Positions 9,662 to 20,888 are shown, counted from the stretch's first letter. The stretch: 64,000 nt of DNA from an uncultured Chloroflexia bacterium (GCA_963707275.1 CAVPPH010000001.1:1116625-1180624), one strand, 5' to 3'. Numbers and translations are program-made. The notes: generated by a model from the sequence alone, not told the origin.

Positions 9662-10088
9662 GGTGGAGATGGCGGGAATTGAACCCGCGTCCGAAACATT
9701 CGAGCGAGAATATACTACAAGCTTAGTCGCTAATTGTGTCTTGGCTCTCCGACCCACCAGCGACAGCAGGTACCTGGAGAGGAAGTCGATTGCCAGACGC
9801 ATCTGGCTCTTTTGCCAGGCCCATCGACGTCAGCCTGGCAGCATCTCTAACAGTTTATGACGGCTGGCTCACAGCCTGCGAGACACACTGTGAGGGTCGC
9901 CTCGACCCGTGGGCCGAGGAGGTGGCTATCTTCGCTTAGGCAGCGAGGGCGAAAGCCGCACTGCTGCGGGGGGCGAAGGTGAAAGCCTTAGTGTTGTTAG
10001 CACTTGTGTTTTTGCGCCTTTTAACGAGGTGGACGCACCTCGGCCTGCAATTCTCGGTCAGCCTGCCCCGTCGAAGCCGATCATCCCC
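9662..10088 (-). ncRNA. ssrA: tmRNA (transfer-messenger RNA)
   Basis: On the minus strand the 5' end reads GGGGATGATCGGCTTCGACGGGG. The 3' end reads GCGGGTTCAATTCCCGCCATCTCCACC, a T-arm plus acceptor with a G3:U wobble. An internal frame reads ...ANNTKAFTFAPRSSAAFALAA then TAA (stop at 9936-9938). It is adjacent to smpB. Confidence 0.85.
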
Positions 10089-10099
10089 TGGCTGACCCA

Positions 10100-10127
10100 A
10101 TTATACCATAGGGCGCAGGCAAGTCAA
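10100..10127 (-). promoter_or_regulatory. candidate ssrA promoter TTGACT-N16-TGgTATAAT
   Basis: The minus strand reads cTTGACTtgcctgcgccctatggTATAATtgggtcagccagGGGGATG. The -10 element lies 13 nt before the mature 5' end. Confidence 0.55.
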
Positions 10128-10229
10128 AGCCGGGTTACTGCCACGTACCCGAAAAGTGACAGTCACTCTGGTCGCTGCTACCACTTCGGTGCGCGGCTAC
10201 GAAAGTGACGGTCACTTGCGCAGACGAGG

Positions 10230-10697
10230 CTAATGATACATCTCCTTGAGCGCGCGCCGCATCTCGCGGTCGTGGTCGTGCTTGGCGATCGTGTCGCGTT
10301 TGTCGTAGAGTTTCTTGCCGCGCGCCAGCCCGAGCTGCACCTTGGCTCGGCCGTTGCGGAGATGGATCTGGAGCGGAATCAGCGTCCAGCCTTTCTCCTG
10401 GATTTTGCCGTGCAGCCGCAATATCTCTCGGCGGTGCATCAACAGCTTGCGTTCGCGGCGCGGCTCATGATTCTCGCGGTTGCCGTGGCTATAGGGCGAC
10501 ACATGCGCGCCGATCAGCCAGACCTCGCCGCCGCGGATCATGGCGAAGCTGTCTTGCAGGTTGACCCGACCGGCGCGGATCGACTTGATCTCCGTACCGG
10601 TCAGGACTATGCCCGCCTCGAATGTCTCTTCAATGATATAGTCGTGGCGCGCCTTGCGGTTCGACGCCACGACCTTGACGTCTGATTTCTCTTTCAT
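10230..10697 (-). CDS. smpB: SsrA-binding protein SmpB
   Basis: MKEKSDVKVVASNRKARHDYIIEETFEAGIVLTGTEIKSIRAG...GKKLYDKR. This is a canonical SmpB sequence, with the start at the internal Met of ORF 10230-10763. Confidence 0.9.
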   Translation of the reverse strand: MKEKSDVKVVASNRKARHDYIIEETFEAGIVLTGTEIKSIRAGRVNLQDSFAMIRGGEVWLIGAHVSPYSHGNRENHEPRRERKLLMHRREILRLHGKIQEKGWTLIPLQIHLRNGRAKVQLGLARGKKLYDKRDTIAKHDHDREMRRALKEMYH

Positions 10698-10701
10698 GGA
10701 C

Positions 10702-12152
10702 CTACTGGCTGGGCTGTTCGAGGCCCAGCAGGTACTTGACCGCTTCCAGCAGCTGTACGTCATCCGTCGTGCCGCTGTCTTCAGCCGCTGGCTGGACCTC
10801 GATATCAGGCACCAGCCCTTCTCCGTGGATCAGCCGGTCGTTGGGCGTGAACCAGCGCGCCGTGGTGACGCTCAGCATCGCGCCGTCGCTCAGTTGATGT
10901 GGTACTTGCACAGACCCCTTGCCAAAGGTCGTTGTTCCCATCAGCACGCCGCGGCCCGTGTCCTGCACAGCGCCGGCCAGGATCTCCGACGCGCTGGCGC
11001 TGCCCTCGTTGACCAGGACGACCAGGGGGATGTCAAACGCACGCCCCTTGCCGGACGCGTCGTAGGTTTGCTCCTCGCCATCCTTGAATCGCTCGATCAG
11101 GATCGGTCCGGACGGCACAAACTCGCTGGAGATGTCCACCGCACTGCGCAGCAGGCCGCCGGGATTGCCGCGCAGATCCAGCACGAGGCCAGTAGGATTT
11201 TCCGCGAGCATCTCGTCCAGTGCAGCGCGTACCTGGGCGACCGCCGGCGTGCTGAACTCGCCCAGCCGCAGATAGGCGATGCCGTCGTCGCGCAACTCGT
11301 ACTCGACCACCGGGATCGAGATCGTGTCACGCGTTACGGTTACGTCGCGCGCCTCCTGCTCCGGCGACTTGATTCCCAGCACCACATCCGACCCCTTGGG
11401 GCCGCGAATCAGGCTGATGGCATCGGAAAGCGCCAGGTTTGAGACATCCTCGCCGTCCACCGTCAGGATGACGTCATCGCGACGAATGCCGGCGTTCCAG
11501 GCGGGCTGGCCCTCGAAAGGCTCCACGATGCGCACGCCGCCCGCCTTCCGCTTCAGCCACGCGGGCGCCGATCCCCTCGAACGATCCGCTAAGACCCTCG
11601 TTGAAGAAGCGCGCCTGCTCCGGGTCGCGCAGGAAGGTGTAGTCGTCGTCGAGGCGGAACATCACGCCGTTGATCGCGCCGTAGGTCAGCCGGTCAGCGG
11701 CAGGAAGTGTGCCGTACTCCTGCTCCAGGATGCCAAGCACCGCCGCGATCACCTCGTCAGCGGTCGCTTCGCGATCCAGTTCAGTGTCAGTCTCGCGTTC
11801 AGCGGCGCGCAGCATGCCGGTCACCAGGCCGCCTACCATCTCAGGGGTATCGGGCAGCTCGCCGTAGTAGTCCTTTTCCAGCGCGCTCCAGGCTTCCCAA
11901 AGCAGGTCGAACTCCTGCGGGACATCGCCGCCCTGGTTCAGGAAGGGAAGGGCACTGGCAGAAGCCGGCGCAGGCGGTGTGTCGGGGCGAACCAGCGCGC
12001 TCGCTGCGCTGGAGGCATACTGCGGCGCCGTCGACGCGCCCGGTACCAAAGCCGGTGCCGAAGCCGGCGACGAATGTCATCCCACCCAGCAATACGATGA
12101 TAGCAATAATGCCAATCCACTGCCAGGCCACAAGTCGTTTCGAGTTGTTCAT
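10702..12152 (-). CDS. S41 family C-terminal processing (tail-specific) peptidase, copy 1 (2 frame breaks, about 11535 and about 12045)
   Basis: Three ORF pieces stitch together. The TM start is MNNSKRLVAWQWIGIIAIIVLLGG. The middle piece carries ...FEGIGA.... The last piece carries a PDZ domain plus ...LDLRGNPGGLL...VLVNEGSASASEILAGA...TFGKGSVQ. Confidence 0.8.
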
Positions 12153-12273
12153 TACGTTCCTCTGCTAAATCTGCCAAAAAGTTGGTGGGACGGCGATTGA
12201 GATCTTCCTGCTTCCACGCACGCTATTTGCGCTCTACTCGAACGCCCACAAGCGGCGATGCTACACACGGGCG

Positions 12274-13492
12274 CTAATTCTGCGCCACGTTGCCTGTCAA
12301 CAGTCGAATTGCATCGGCCAGCGGCGCGTCGATGTCATCCTGGTGCGGTGCCTCGACATTCGGCGACAGGCCGACGCCGTTGATCTCGTGGCCGTTGGGC
12401 GTTTGCCAACGCGCCACGGTGACATGCACCGACGAGCCGTCGCTCAGGTCACGAATAAGCTGCACCGAGCCTTTGCCGTAGGTTTTTTCACCGACAAGCT
12501 GCGCCGCGGCCGCGATCCTGGAGCGCGCCAGCCACGATCTCGGCCGCGCTGGCGGTCGCACCGTCTACCAGTACCGCCGTGGGCCAGTTCGGCGCGCGGC
12601 GGACGTTCTCGACGCGGTAGGTCTCGCGGCTGCCATCGTTCTTGCGCTCGAAGAGCACCACGCCATCGTTTAGAAAGCGGCTGGCCACATCGATGGACGA
12701 CTGCAGCAGCCCGCCGCCGTTGTGGCGCAAGTCCAGCACCAGGAACGAGATGCCCTGCGTTTCCAAATCCCCAATGGCGCTGTCCAGTTCGTCGGCCGTG
12801 CGTTCGGTGAACTGGCGGATCGCAATGTAGCCGACCTTGGGCGCTTCCTCCAGCACGCGCCATTCGACCGATGGCGTCTCGACCCGCTCGCGCACGACGG
12901 AAATGGTCAACAGATCGGGAATGTCACCGCGCCGCAATTGCAGCTCGACCGGCTCGCCGATTGGCCCGCGGATCATATCCAGCACCTGGTCCTGGCTCAG
13001 TTCGGGCGTGATGCCAGTCCCGTTGACCGCGACCAGGATGTCGCCTTCCAGAATGCCTGCCAGCTCAGCAGCGCGGCCCGGCATTGGTTTTAGAACGATG
13101 TTGCCGGCGTCGTCGGTCGAAACCCAGGCACCGATGCCGCCAAATTCGCCGCTCAGGTTCTCCTTCTCGCGCTGGCGCGGCTGCGGCTCGACGAAATAGG
13201 TGTACGGGTCATCGTAAGACTGCGCCAGACCCTGGATCGCTGCATATGTGCGCTGCTGGTCAGCTGGCTGGTCGCCGAAGAAGTCGCGCTGCAACACATG
13301 CCACGCCTCCCAGAAGACCCGAAACTGCGCCGGTTCACTGCCTTCAGAGGTTGCCAACTCCGCCAGCGGGTTTCCGGGAGAGCCGGTCTCGCCCTGGCTC
13401 GTCAGCCAGTGTGTACCGAATCCCGCCAGAAACACCAGCGCAAGGGTTGCGATAACGAGTATTGTAAGTCCAAGACTGCGAAATCTATCCAC
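12274..13492 (-). CDS. S41 family C-terminal processing peptidase, copy 2 (frame break about 12500-12560)
   Basis: ORF 12488-13492 carries ...FGGIGAWV..PDZ..LDLRHNGGGLL...LVDGATASAAEIVAGA. This continues in ORF 12274-12561 as ...GEKTYGKGSVQ.... Confidence 0.8.
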
Positions 13493-14421
13493 GTGTCAGT
13501 TGCTGCTCTCGTCCAATTGCTTTGTTTTGTCAGGCAAGGAGGCATTGTATCACAGGCGCGAAGGCCACCACAAACCACGCGCTTCCTGCTTGCAGTTGAA
13601 GTATATATCGGGTGAGGCGCCGAAGCCGTGGTCAAACTTCCGGTTGCTGGCCTCGGTTATGCTACAGTCCGGTTATTCGCGTAGTGGTTTAGCGTAAATC
13701 GGGTAGTAGGGCACACTTGAAGAGGTGTCGATCAACAAGTCCGGCGCTACGGATTGCGGTGTAACTCATCACAGGCTGCGGCGTGCGGAGAGTTCGTCCT
13801 GAGCGGCGCAATGAGGCACGCCGACACGGTCAACAGCGCTGCGGTTACAGAAATGAACCGGACTTGTGTGACGTGGCGCGCCGCAATATGTAAAGTATTG
13901 CGCTGGGCAACGCTACAGGATCGTAAACGGGAGAATAATAAGACATAACGATCATAGTGTGTACATCGATGCATCTCGCCAGAAGACGCCCTCTTCTATG
14001 GCACTTGAACGCAGCCTTCGGTATTGTTGGTTGTCAGCAGTTGTGTGCCAGACGGCGCTCAACAGTAGTCCGTGACTTTGCAGTTTCGCTGTCTGCTGAA
14101 AATCGCCTCATCAATGCTCGCCGGTTCGCTGCTTCGCTGTTACACGGGCTGCTCCGCCACCAGTATTTCCCGACGCACCCCTGCCTGTTATCTTTCGCGA
14201 TGTATTATGTAAATTACTTGCAGTGCAGCGGTTGCTGAGAGATGCACTTTGATCCTGGCGCCGTTCAGTTGACCATCGTTTCGCGAGGCGCCGGGAACTT
14301 GCGGAACGGTTTCCCTGCGCCTGAGGCGATTGCAGCTACCGGGCTTATCAGCGACTGCAGGCTGGAAACCCGGAAGATCAAGCTAACGTCAAATAACGCC
14401 ACTTCGCTGGCCTGTCTGGCC

Positions 14422-17400
14422 TCACGGGCACGCCATTCCCCAGACAGAGGTCACGGCCGCCACGTCGAGTATGTCGTTCACCCCGTCGCAGCCGCCAGTG
14501 GCGCGGCAGTCGACGTCGGACGAGACCGTCAGCCCGCCGCCGGACTGGTACTGGATCCAGGCGCCTGCCACGGTGATGATGTCATCCACATCGATCGTGG
14601 TCGAGGTCACACCGCACGAGCAGTTGACATCAGCCCAGAAGCAGGACGCGCCTGGCGATCGTGAAGTCGCTGTTGGAGACATCGAAGAAGATATTGGCGG
14701 CGCACGAGACGCGTACACGGGCTGTGGTCGTGTTGGTGTTGGGCACGGTGATGCTTTCCGCGCCATCGTTGGTTGTATTGCTCGCCAGGACAATCGGATA
14801 GGTGAGACCGCCGTCGGTTGAAAGGTCGATGTCGACCGCAGCGCAATTGACTGGCGCGGCCGTGGTGCCAGCGACATCCCATGTGACATTCTCAGCGGTG
14901 TTGGCGGTCCACGGTACTGACGTGTTGGGCACTGAGACCAGGAACGGGCCCGCGTTGGTAGCTAGCAGCACGGTCGTGTCGGCGCTGTCAACACCGCCGT
15001 TGCCGTCACGCGCAGTGAAACGGAAGTGGAGCGAAAGCGGGTCCGCGTTGACTTCCGTGAACCCGACATAGTCGGACGTGGGGAGGAACTCCGAGAAGCA
15101 CTCCTTGATCGGGATCGACACCGGCGGCGCGATCGGCCCCGTCGGGCATGCGCCTGTCTCGGCGTTGGTGTTGTTGTCCAGAATCTGCTGCAGATCCGGG
15201 AACACGCGCGCCGGGTCGGTCGTGAGTTGGTTCTCGCCTGGCGGGTTGTAGATCAAGCGGATCGGTGACTACCGCCGGACTTCGGGGAACATTGCGAACA
15301 ACGGCCCGTTGAGTTTGGTGTCATGTCAGAAGCGATGTGCCTGTTGAGCCGCCACGGTCGTTTTGTTCCCAGCTGTAGAGCATGGTGTCGCCGTCGGCGT
15401 CGGTCGCGCTGCCGGTGAGGGCGAACGGCGTCCGCAGCGGGATCGTGCACCGAGTCAGGCGCCGTCACGACCGGGATGGCGTTACCGGTTGGCGTGATGA
15501 TCCCGCCCTGGTTGTCCACCGGGCCGCCCTTGTCGGTCTCGCCGAAAAAGCCGCTGGCGCCGGCGCTCAGGTTCGTCAACGACAGCAGTGCAGGCAGGTT
15601 GGTCAAGGCAAGTGTACCGCCAAACGTCACCTGGAACCCGTTGACGCTCGGCGAGCCGCCTCCGCCAAAGTTGGCGACCGTTACCGTCGCCCCCGCTGGC
15701 CAGCCGGCGATCGCCTCGATCGCGGCCTTGATCCCGGCGGAGGTGTAGTTCACCCCGTTGGTGATCAGGGCGGAGTCGGTGCCGTTGTAGTTGATGGTGA
15801 ACGAGTCGAACGCGCCGCCGTGGTTCGTCTCCTCTACGGAGGCGAAGCAGCCGCCGCAGCTCAGGTTGACGAGTTCGATGTTCGGCACGTCGAGCCCGGC
15901 CGACGCGCCGCTGTAGGTGACCGTGAAGCCGGTCGAGGTCGCGCTGCTAACGGTGACCGTGCCGGCGAACCCGGCAATGGCGTTGATCGCGGCGGTGAGA
16001 TTCGCGGCGGTGTAGGGCAGGCCGCTCCCGCCGATCAGGGCCGAGTCGTTGCCGCCGATCCGTACCTGGAACGGCGAGATAGAAGGTCACGGTGCCGCCG
16101 CCGGCAGGGGCGAGGCCGGCACTCGTGTGGGTGTACTCGAGGCTGCGCGGCGTCGGCACGGCCGTGATCGTCCATGTGCCGTTGTACGCGCCAGCGCCGC
16201 TGATTGCGACGACATCGCCAACCGAACGACCGTGCGCCAGCCGAGGTGCTGATCGTGACTGTGTTGCCGACTTGCGTGGCGCCCGGGCTCGGCGAGGGTG
16301 ACCGTGCCGCCGCCGGAGGTGGCCAGCCCAGCAGTGGGGTTGGTGTACTGGAACGACCGTGAGGTCGGAACCGCGGTGACCGTCCACGTGCCGTTGTAGT
16401 CGCCGACGCCGACACCGGCGATCGTGACCGTGTCGCCAACCTGGAGCGTGTGCGCGGCGCCGGTCGCGATCGTGACGGTGTTGCCGTTCTCTTCAGCGCC
16501 GCCGCGCGAGGTCGCGCTCGGCGCGGCGTTGACGTCGAGGCTAAGCGGCTGGATCGTCGATGCTTGCGAGTAGCCGGGGCCGAACGTCACGACCTGGATT
16601 TCATTGCCGCCGCCGAAGTGCAGCAGCGAGGCCGTCTGGACTTCGTTGATCGCGGCCTGGTTCGAAGACGTGTAGGTTGAAATCTCCTGTAGGCTGCGTT
16701 GCGAGAAGTAGGGGTCGCTGTGGGCCTGGAGGTCGTCCGTCAGGCAGATGCCAGCGTAGGCCATGACGGAGGAGCCGCTGCCAGGCTCGACCGAGTTGGA
16801 GGCGCTGCGGTTGCCGCCGGAGCAGTTGAGCTGGTTGCCGTTGAAGGGGTGGTTGCCGCTGAACTGATGGCCCATCTCGTGCGCCACATAGTCCACGGCG
16901 AAGAAGTCGCCGACCGGCGTTGGGATGCCGGTGCAGCCGCCCGCCTTGGCCGACCGACCGACGACGCCGAGGTTAGCGACGCCGCCGCCCGGCTGACCAA
17001 GCGCCAGGTGGCCGATGTCGTAGTTCGACGCGCCGATGATCTGGCCGATGACGTAACGGGCACGCGAGGTGCTGGAGCAGCCGGTGACCTGCGACTGCGT
17101 AAAACAGCCTGCAGTTCCACAGGGTCCGTTTGGAGCGGTCGCCTGCGCGCATGTGTCCAGGTTGAGCAGGTCGTTGTTGGCAACCAGTACCATGAAGATC
17201 GAAAGGTCCTCTTCGTAGATCTGGTTGACCCGGTTGATCAGCGTGACCTTGGCCGGCGGTAACATTGGCCGGACCGCCGAAGTAAGTCGGCGTAGCCCGG
17301 GTCGGTGATCAGGGCAAGCCGATAGGTCCGCAGGACATCGCCGGTGGGTGGGTTAGAGGTCGAGTCGACATCGTGTTCGGCGATAGTCAATGATCAGCAA

Positions 17401-18077
17401 TGGGTGCCATCACGCTCGACGAAGCCGCCGTGCGGATCCTCGACCAGGTCACGCCCAAAATAGGTGACGTAGACGCTATCGTCGAGATGGTAGTACGGAT
17501 CGATGTACCACGCTCCCTGCGGCGAACGAACCGAGGCGTGGAAGCCAAGCGGCGTGAGGTCGAAGCGGATCGTGGCAGCCGTGTTGTCGACGCCGCGTCC
17601 GCGGTAGGTCTTGATTTCCGGATGCTTCACGGCCAGCCCGGGCTCCATGATCGGCGATTCCTGAACGGTGAAGCGCTCGAAGCCACCGCAGGGGTTCGGC
17701 AGCGACAGGACCAGCGGATCAGCTTGCGCTGCGTCGCTGTATTGCATTGGCGCCGTGGCAAGCAGCGCAGCCATGCCAGCACGGTTCAACGCATAGGCTG
17801 TGAAGAGAGGACTGGCTTGACCTACGACCTGAGCGCCTGCCCCGGTAGGCAGAGCCGCGATCTGTCGAGGGGATACGCCACAGAGTTCTCCCCAGAACCT
17901 TCGGAGAGACCGCTTAGCGCCCAGTCCGGCGGAGTGAGCGGAGTGCACGCCTGGTTCGGCGACGGATCACCTCGCTCGACGGCGCCGGCACTCGCTTGTG
18001 GAGCAGTTTGCAGCGCGAACCACCGCTATAACAGCGGCTATGATCAGACCCGACAACAACCGGTGAAACAGCTTCAT
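14422..18077 (-). CDS. large secreted reprolysin-like zinc metalloprotease with C-terminal repeat and dockerin-like modules (at least 6 frame breaks as assembled)
   Basis: AGGAGG-N6-ATG at 18077 is followed by the signal-like MKLFHRLLSGLIIAAVIAVV. A pro-region lies in ORF 17394-17948. The catalytic HEMGHQFSGNH motif lies in ORF 16087-17265. There are three GDxVTIxG..YNGTWTxTAVPTxRSxxYT modules, and further pieces lie in 15253-15888 and 14630-15256. The tail reads DVDCRATGGCDGVNDILDVAAV. Confidence 0.7.
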
Positions 18078-18243
18078 TCGAGGCCTCCTGGTTCTTGAAC
18101 CTATTCGACTGGGGAGATTCCAGACCAGCTATGTCCTGGTCGCTTGAAGGGAGTGATTAAAGCACTGATTGCGTGCAGTCGGCGAACAAAGAAGGCCGAT
18201 CGGTGGTTGAGCGTCAGGCTACTGCTCGCCTAGATCCCGAAAC

Positions 18244-19566
18244 TTAGCGGCCAATTGCGGCGGCAGCTTGCCGCGGATCAGCACGCCATCCGCGGTGTGC
18301 TTCTCGGACTGGATGAGACCGTGGACGTGCCACTGGTTGACCAGACTCGCCCTGGTTATACGGTATCAACACCTCGACAGTGACCAGGTTGCGGTTCATG
18401 ACCGCCTCCACCCTGCTCAGCAGTTCGTCGATGCCCTGCCCGGTCGCGGCCGAAACGGCCACAGCGTCCTGGAAATCCGCCCCCAGATCCGGTCAGCGAC
18501 TTCGTCCGCGTCAGGTAGCAGGTCCATCTTGTTCAGCGCGGTGACGATGGGCTGGTCGATGACGCCCAGGTCGCGCAGCACTTCCCCGACCGTGCTGGCC
18601 TGTTGCAGCGCGTTGCCGTGCGTTATGTCAACAACATGGATCAGCAGATCGGACTCGGCGATCTCCTCCAGCGTGGCGCGGAAGGCAGCGACCAGCGTGG
18701 TCGGCAGCTTCTGGATGAAGCCCACGGTGTCGGTGACCAGTACCTCCCGCCCGCCCGGCAGTTGCACGCGCCGGGTCGTCGGGTCGAGCGTGGCGAAGAG
18801 CATGTCAGCCGCCAGCACGTCGGCGTCCTTGCCCTCGGGACCTGCCAGCCGCGTCAGGCGTTGAGCAACGTGCTTTTGCCCGGCGTTGGTGTAGCCGACC
18901 AGCGAGACGGTGTTGAGCGAGGCGCTCTGCGCTTCTGGCGGTGGCGCTGGCGATGGGCGCGCACCTCTTCCAGCTCGCGTTTGAGGTGCGCGATGCGGCG
19001 GTTGATCTCGCGACGGTCCACTTCGAGCTGGGTCTCGCCGGGTCCGCGCAGGCCGACGCCGCCGGAGCCGCCGCGCGCCGTGCCGCCGCCGGCCTGTCGG
19101 GCCAGATGCGTCCAGGCCCGGGTCAGGCGCGGCAAGCGGTATTCGTACTGCGCCAGCTCGACCTGCAGCGCTCCCTCGCGGGTGTGCGCGTGCTTGGCGA
19201 AGATGTCGAGGATCAGCGCCGTGCGGTCGAGCACCTTGATGTCTTCGTTCTTGACGGCTTTCTCGATCTCGCGCTGCTGGCGCGGGCTGAGTTCCTCGTC
19301 GAAGAGGATCACGGTCGCGTGTTCTCGGCCAGCAGATCCAGCACCTCTGCCAGCTTGCCTGTGCCGATCAGAGTCGCCGAATTGGGTGTGCTGATGCGTT
19401 GGAACGTTTCACCAACCACCCGCACGCCAGCCGTTCCGGCCAGTTGCTCCAGCTCGGCCAGCGAGTCGAGTACGTCAAAGGATCCCGGGTCGGACTTGAA
19501 CTCAATGCCTACCAGGATGGCGGTTTCTTCGGGCAGGTCGGGATAGAAGTAGCGGTCGTCTGTCAA
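18244..19566 (-). CDS. hflX: GTPase HflX (at least 3 frame breaks as assembled)
   Basis: The pieces 19309-19566, 18854-19312, 18417-18818 and 18244-18462 stitch to the HflX N-domain ([29 protein letters not shown]), G1 ([11 protein letters not shown]), DTVGFI and NKMD. Confidence 0.85.
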
Positions 19567-20724
19567 AGCTGTACCGTTCTCATGCGGGCCAGGGCTTCCT
19601 GCAGCTTGCCGGTCTCCTGCCCGATGCTGATACGCACGTAGCCCGCGCCGCTGGGACCGTAGGCGTCACCCGGCGTGATGCTGACGCCGGTTTCGAGCAG
19701 GATCTTGTCGGCGAACCCTTTGGAAGTGTAGCCTTCCGGCACGCGTGCCCAGACGTAGAGACTGGCCTGCGGCGTGTCGGCTTGCAGACCCATACCGCGG
19801 ATCGTCTCCAATACAAGGTCGCGACGGTGCTGGTATGCCAGGTTGCGGTCCTGCATCCACGCCGTGTCGCCGTTGAGCGCGGCCGTAGCGGCGTCTTGCA
19901 GCGGACGGAAGATACCACTGTCGATGTTGCTCTTGGTTTGCAGCAGCGCCTTGACAGCCACCGCGTTGCCGACGGCCATGCCAACACGCCAGCCAGCCAT
20001 ATGGTGGCTCTTGCTGAGCGAGTTGAACTCCAGCACGACGTCCTTGGCGCCTGCGACGGCCAGCACACTGGGCGCCTCGTAGCCGTCGAAACAGACGTCG
20101 GCGTAGGGCAGGTCGGAGCAGAGCAGGATCTCGTTCTCGCGGCAGAAGTCCACCGCTTCCTCGTAGAAGCTGAAGGGCGCGGCGGCGCCGGTTGGGTTGT
20201 TGGGATAGGAGACCCACATCAGCCGCGCACGGCGGGCCACGTCGGTCGGGAATCGCCTCCAGGTCGGGCAGCCAGCCCAGCCGCTGCTCCAGCGTGACGA
20301 AGTGCACGTCGGCGTCGGCCAGCTTGGCGCCCATCTGGTAGGTCGGGTAGCCGGGATCGGGCACGATCGCGATGTCGCCGGGGTCCAGCCAGGCCAGCGC
20401 GATGTTGGCCAGGCCCTCTTTGGAGCCGATCAGCGGCAACACCTCGCTGGCAGCGTCCAGCGTGACGCCGAAGCGGGACTGGTAGTAGTCGACGATAGCT
20501 TTCTTCAGTTCCGGGCGGCCGCCGTAGCCAGCGTAGCCGTGGTTCTTCGGGTTGCGCGCCGACTCTTCGAGGGCGTCGATGATAAACGCGGGCGGCGGCT
20601 CGTCCGGTTCGCCGATGTCGAGGCGGATGATGTCCAGCCCTTCGGCTGCCAGCTTGTTGAGCCGCGCGCCGTGCGCGGCAAAGACGTACATCGGTACATT
20701 GTCAAGTCGTTTTGCAGGTCGCAT
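19563..20724 (-). CDS. class I/II PLP-dependent aminotransferase, LL-diaminopimelate-aminotransferase-like (frame break about 20230)
   Basis: The N-terminal part MRPAKRLDNVPMYVFA...GYAGYGGRPELKKAIVDYY is in the frame of ORF 19666-20829. The C-terminal part ...YPNNPTGAAA...FNSLSKSHHMAGWRVGM... is in ORF 19563-20240. Confidence 0.75.
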
Positions 20725-20772
20725 GTTGAGTTTATGTTCTCCGTGTGTGATGTTGTACTGGATCTGTATGAC

Positions 20773-20885
20773 CGTGATCCGTATTGCGTATCCAAAACGT
20801 TGGTCAGTTGCGAGCCGGCGACGAAGCAATCTCGCGTGTCACAAGCAGCGACAGGTGTGATACGAATACGCAATACGCAATCACG
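20773..20885. repeat. about 113-bp intergenic element bounded by imperfect about 19-bp inverted repeats containing CGCAATAC
   Basis: The reverse complement of cgtgatccgtattgcgtatc (20773-20792) matches atacgcaatacgcaatcacg (20866-20885) with one indel. Confidence 0.5.
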
Positions 20886-20888
20886 TTA

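Noticed and set aside
9606-9802. N-terminal extension of the CysQ-like ORF (MRLAIDF...MGLTLNGQPH)
   Set aside because: This part of the ORF is the antisense-free read-through of the tmRNA 3' end and its terminator hairpin (GGGGCTGACC/GGTCAGCCCC). The real start is downstream, behind an ACAGGAG ribosome-binding site.
13735-13867. RNase P RNA-like motifs (AAGTCCGG ... ACAGAAatgaACCGGACTT) resembling CR-I/CR-V and helix P4
   Set aside because: The two motifs are only about 110 nt apart, against about 300 nt in bacterial RNase P RNA. The universally bulged U of P4 is base-paired here. None of the specificity-domain motifs are present. It is kept only as part of the candidate structured region.
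14221-14300. TPP-riboswitch-like string (AGTGC..GCTGAGA..GCACTTTGATCCTGG...GGGAAC)
   Set aside because: CUGAGA and a P2-like pairing are present. However, the conserved CCUGAUCUGGAUAAUGCCAGCGUAGGGAA half is replaced by an unrelated long stem. There is also no downstream plus-strand gene for it to regulate.
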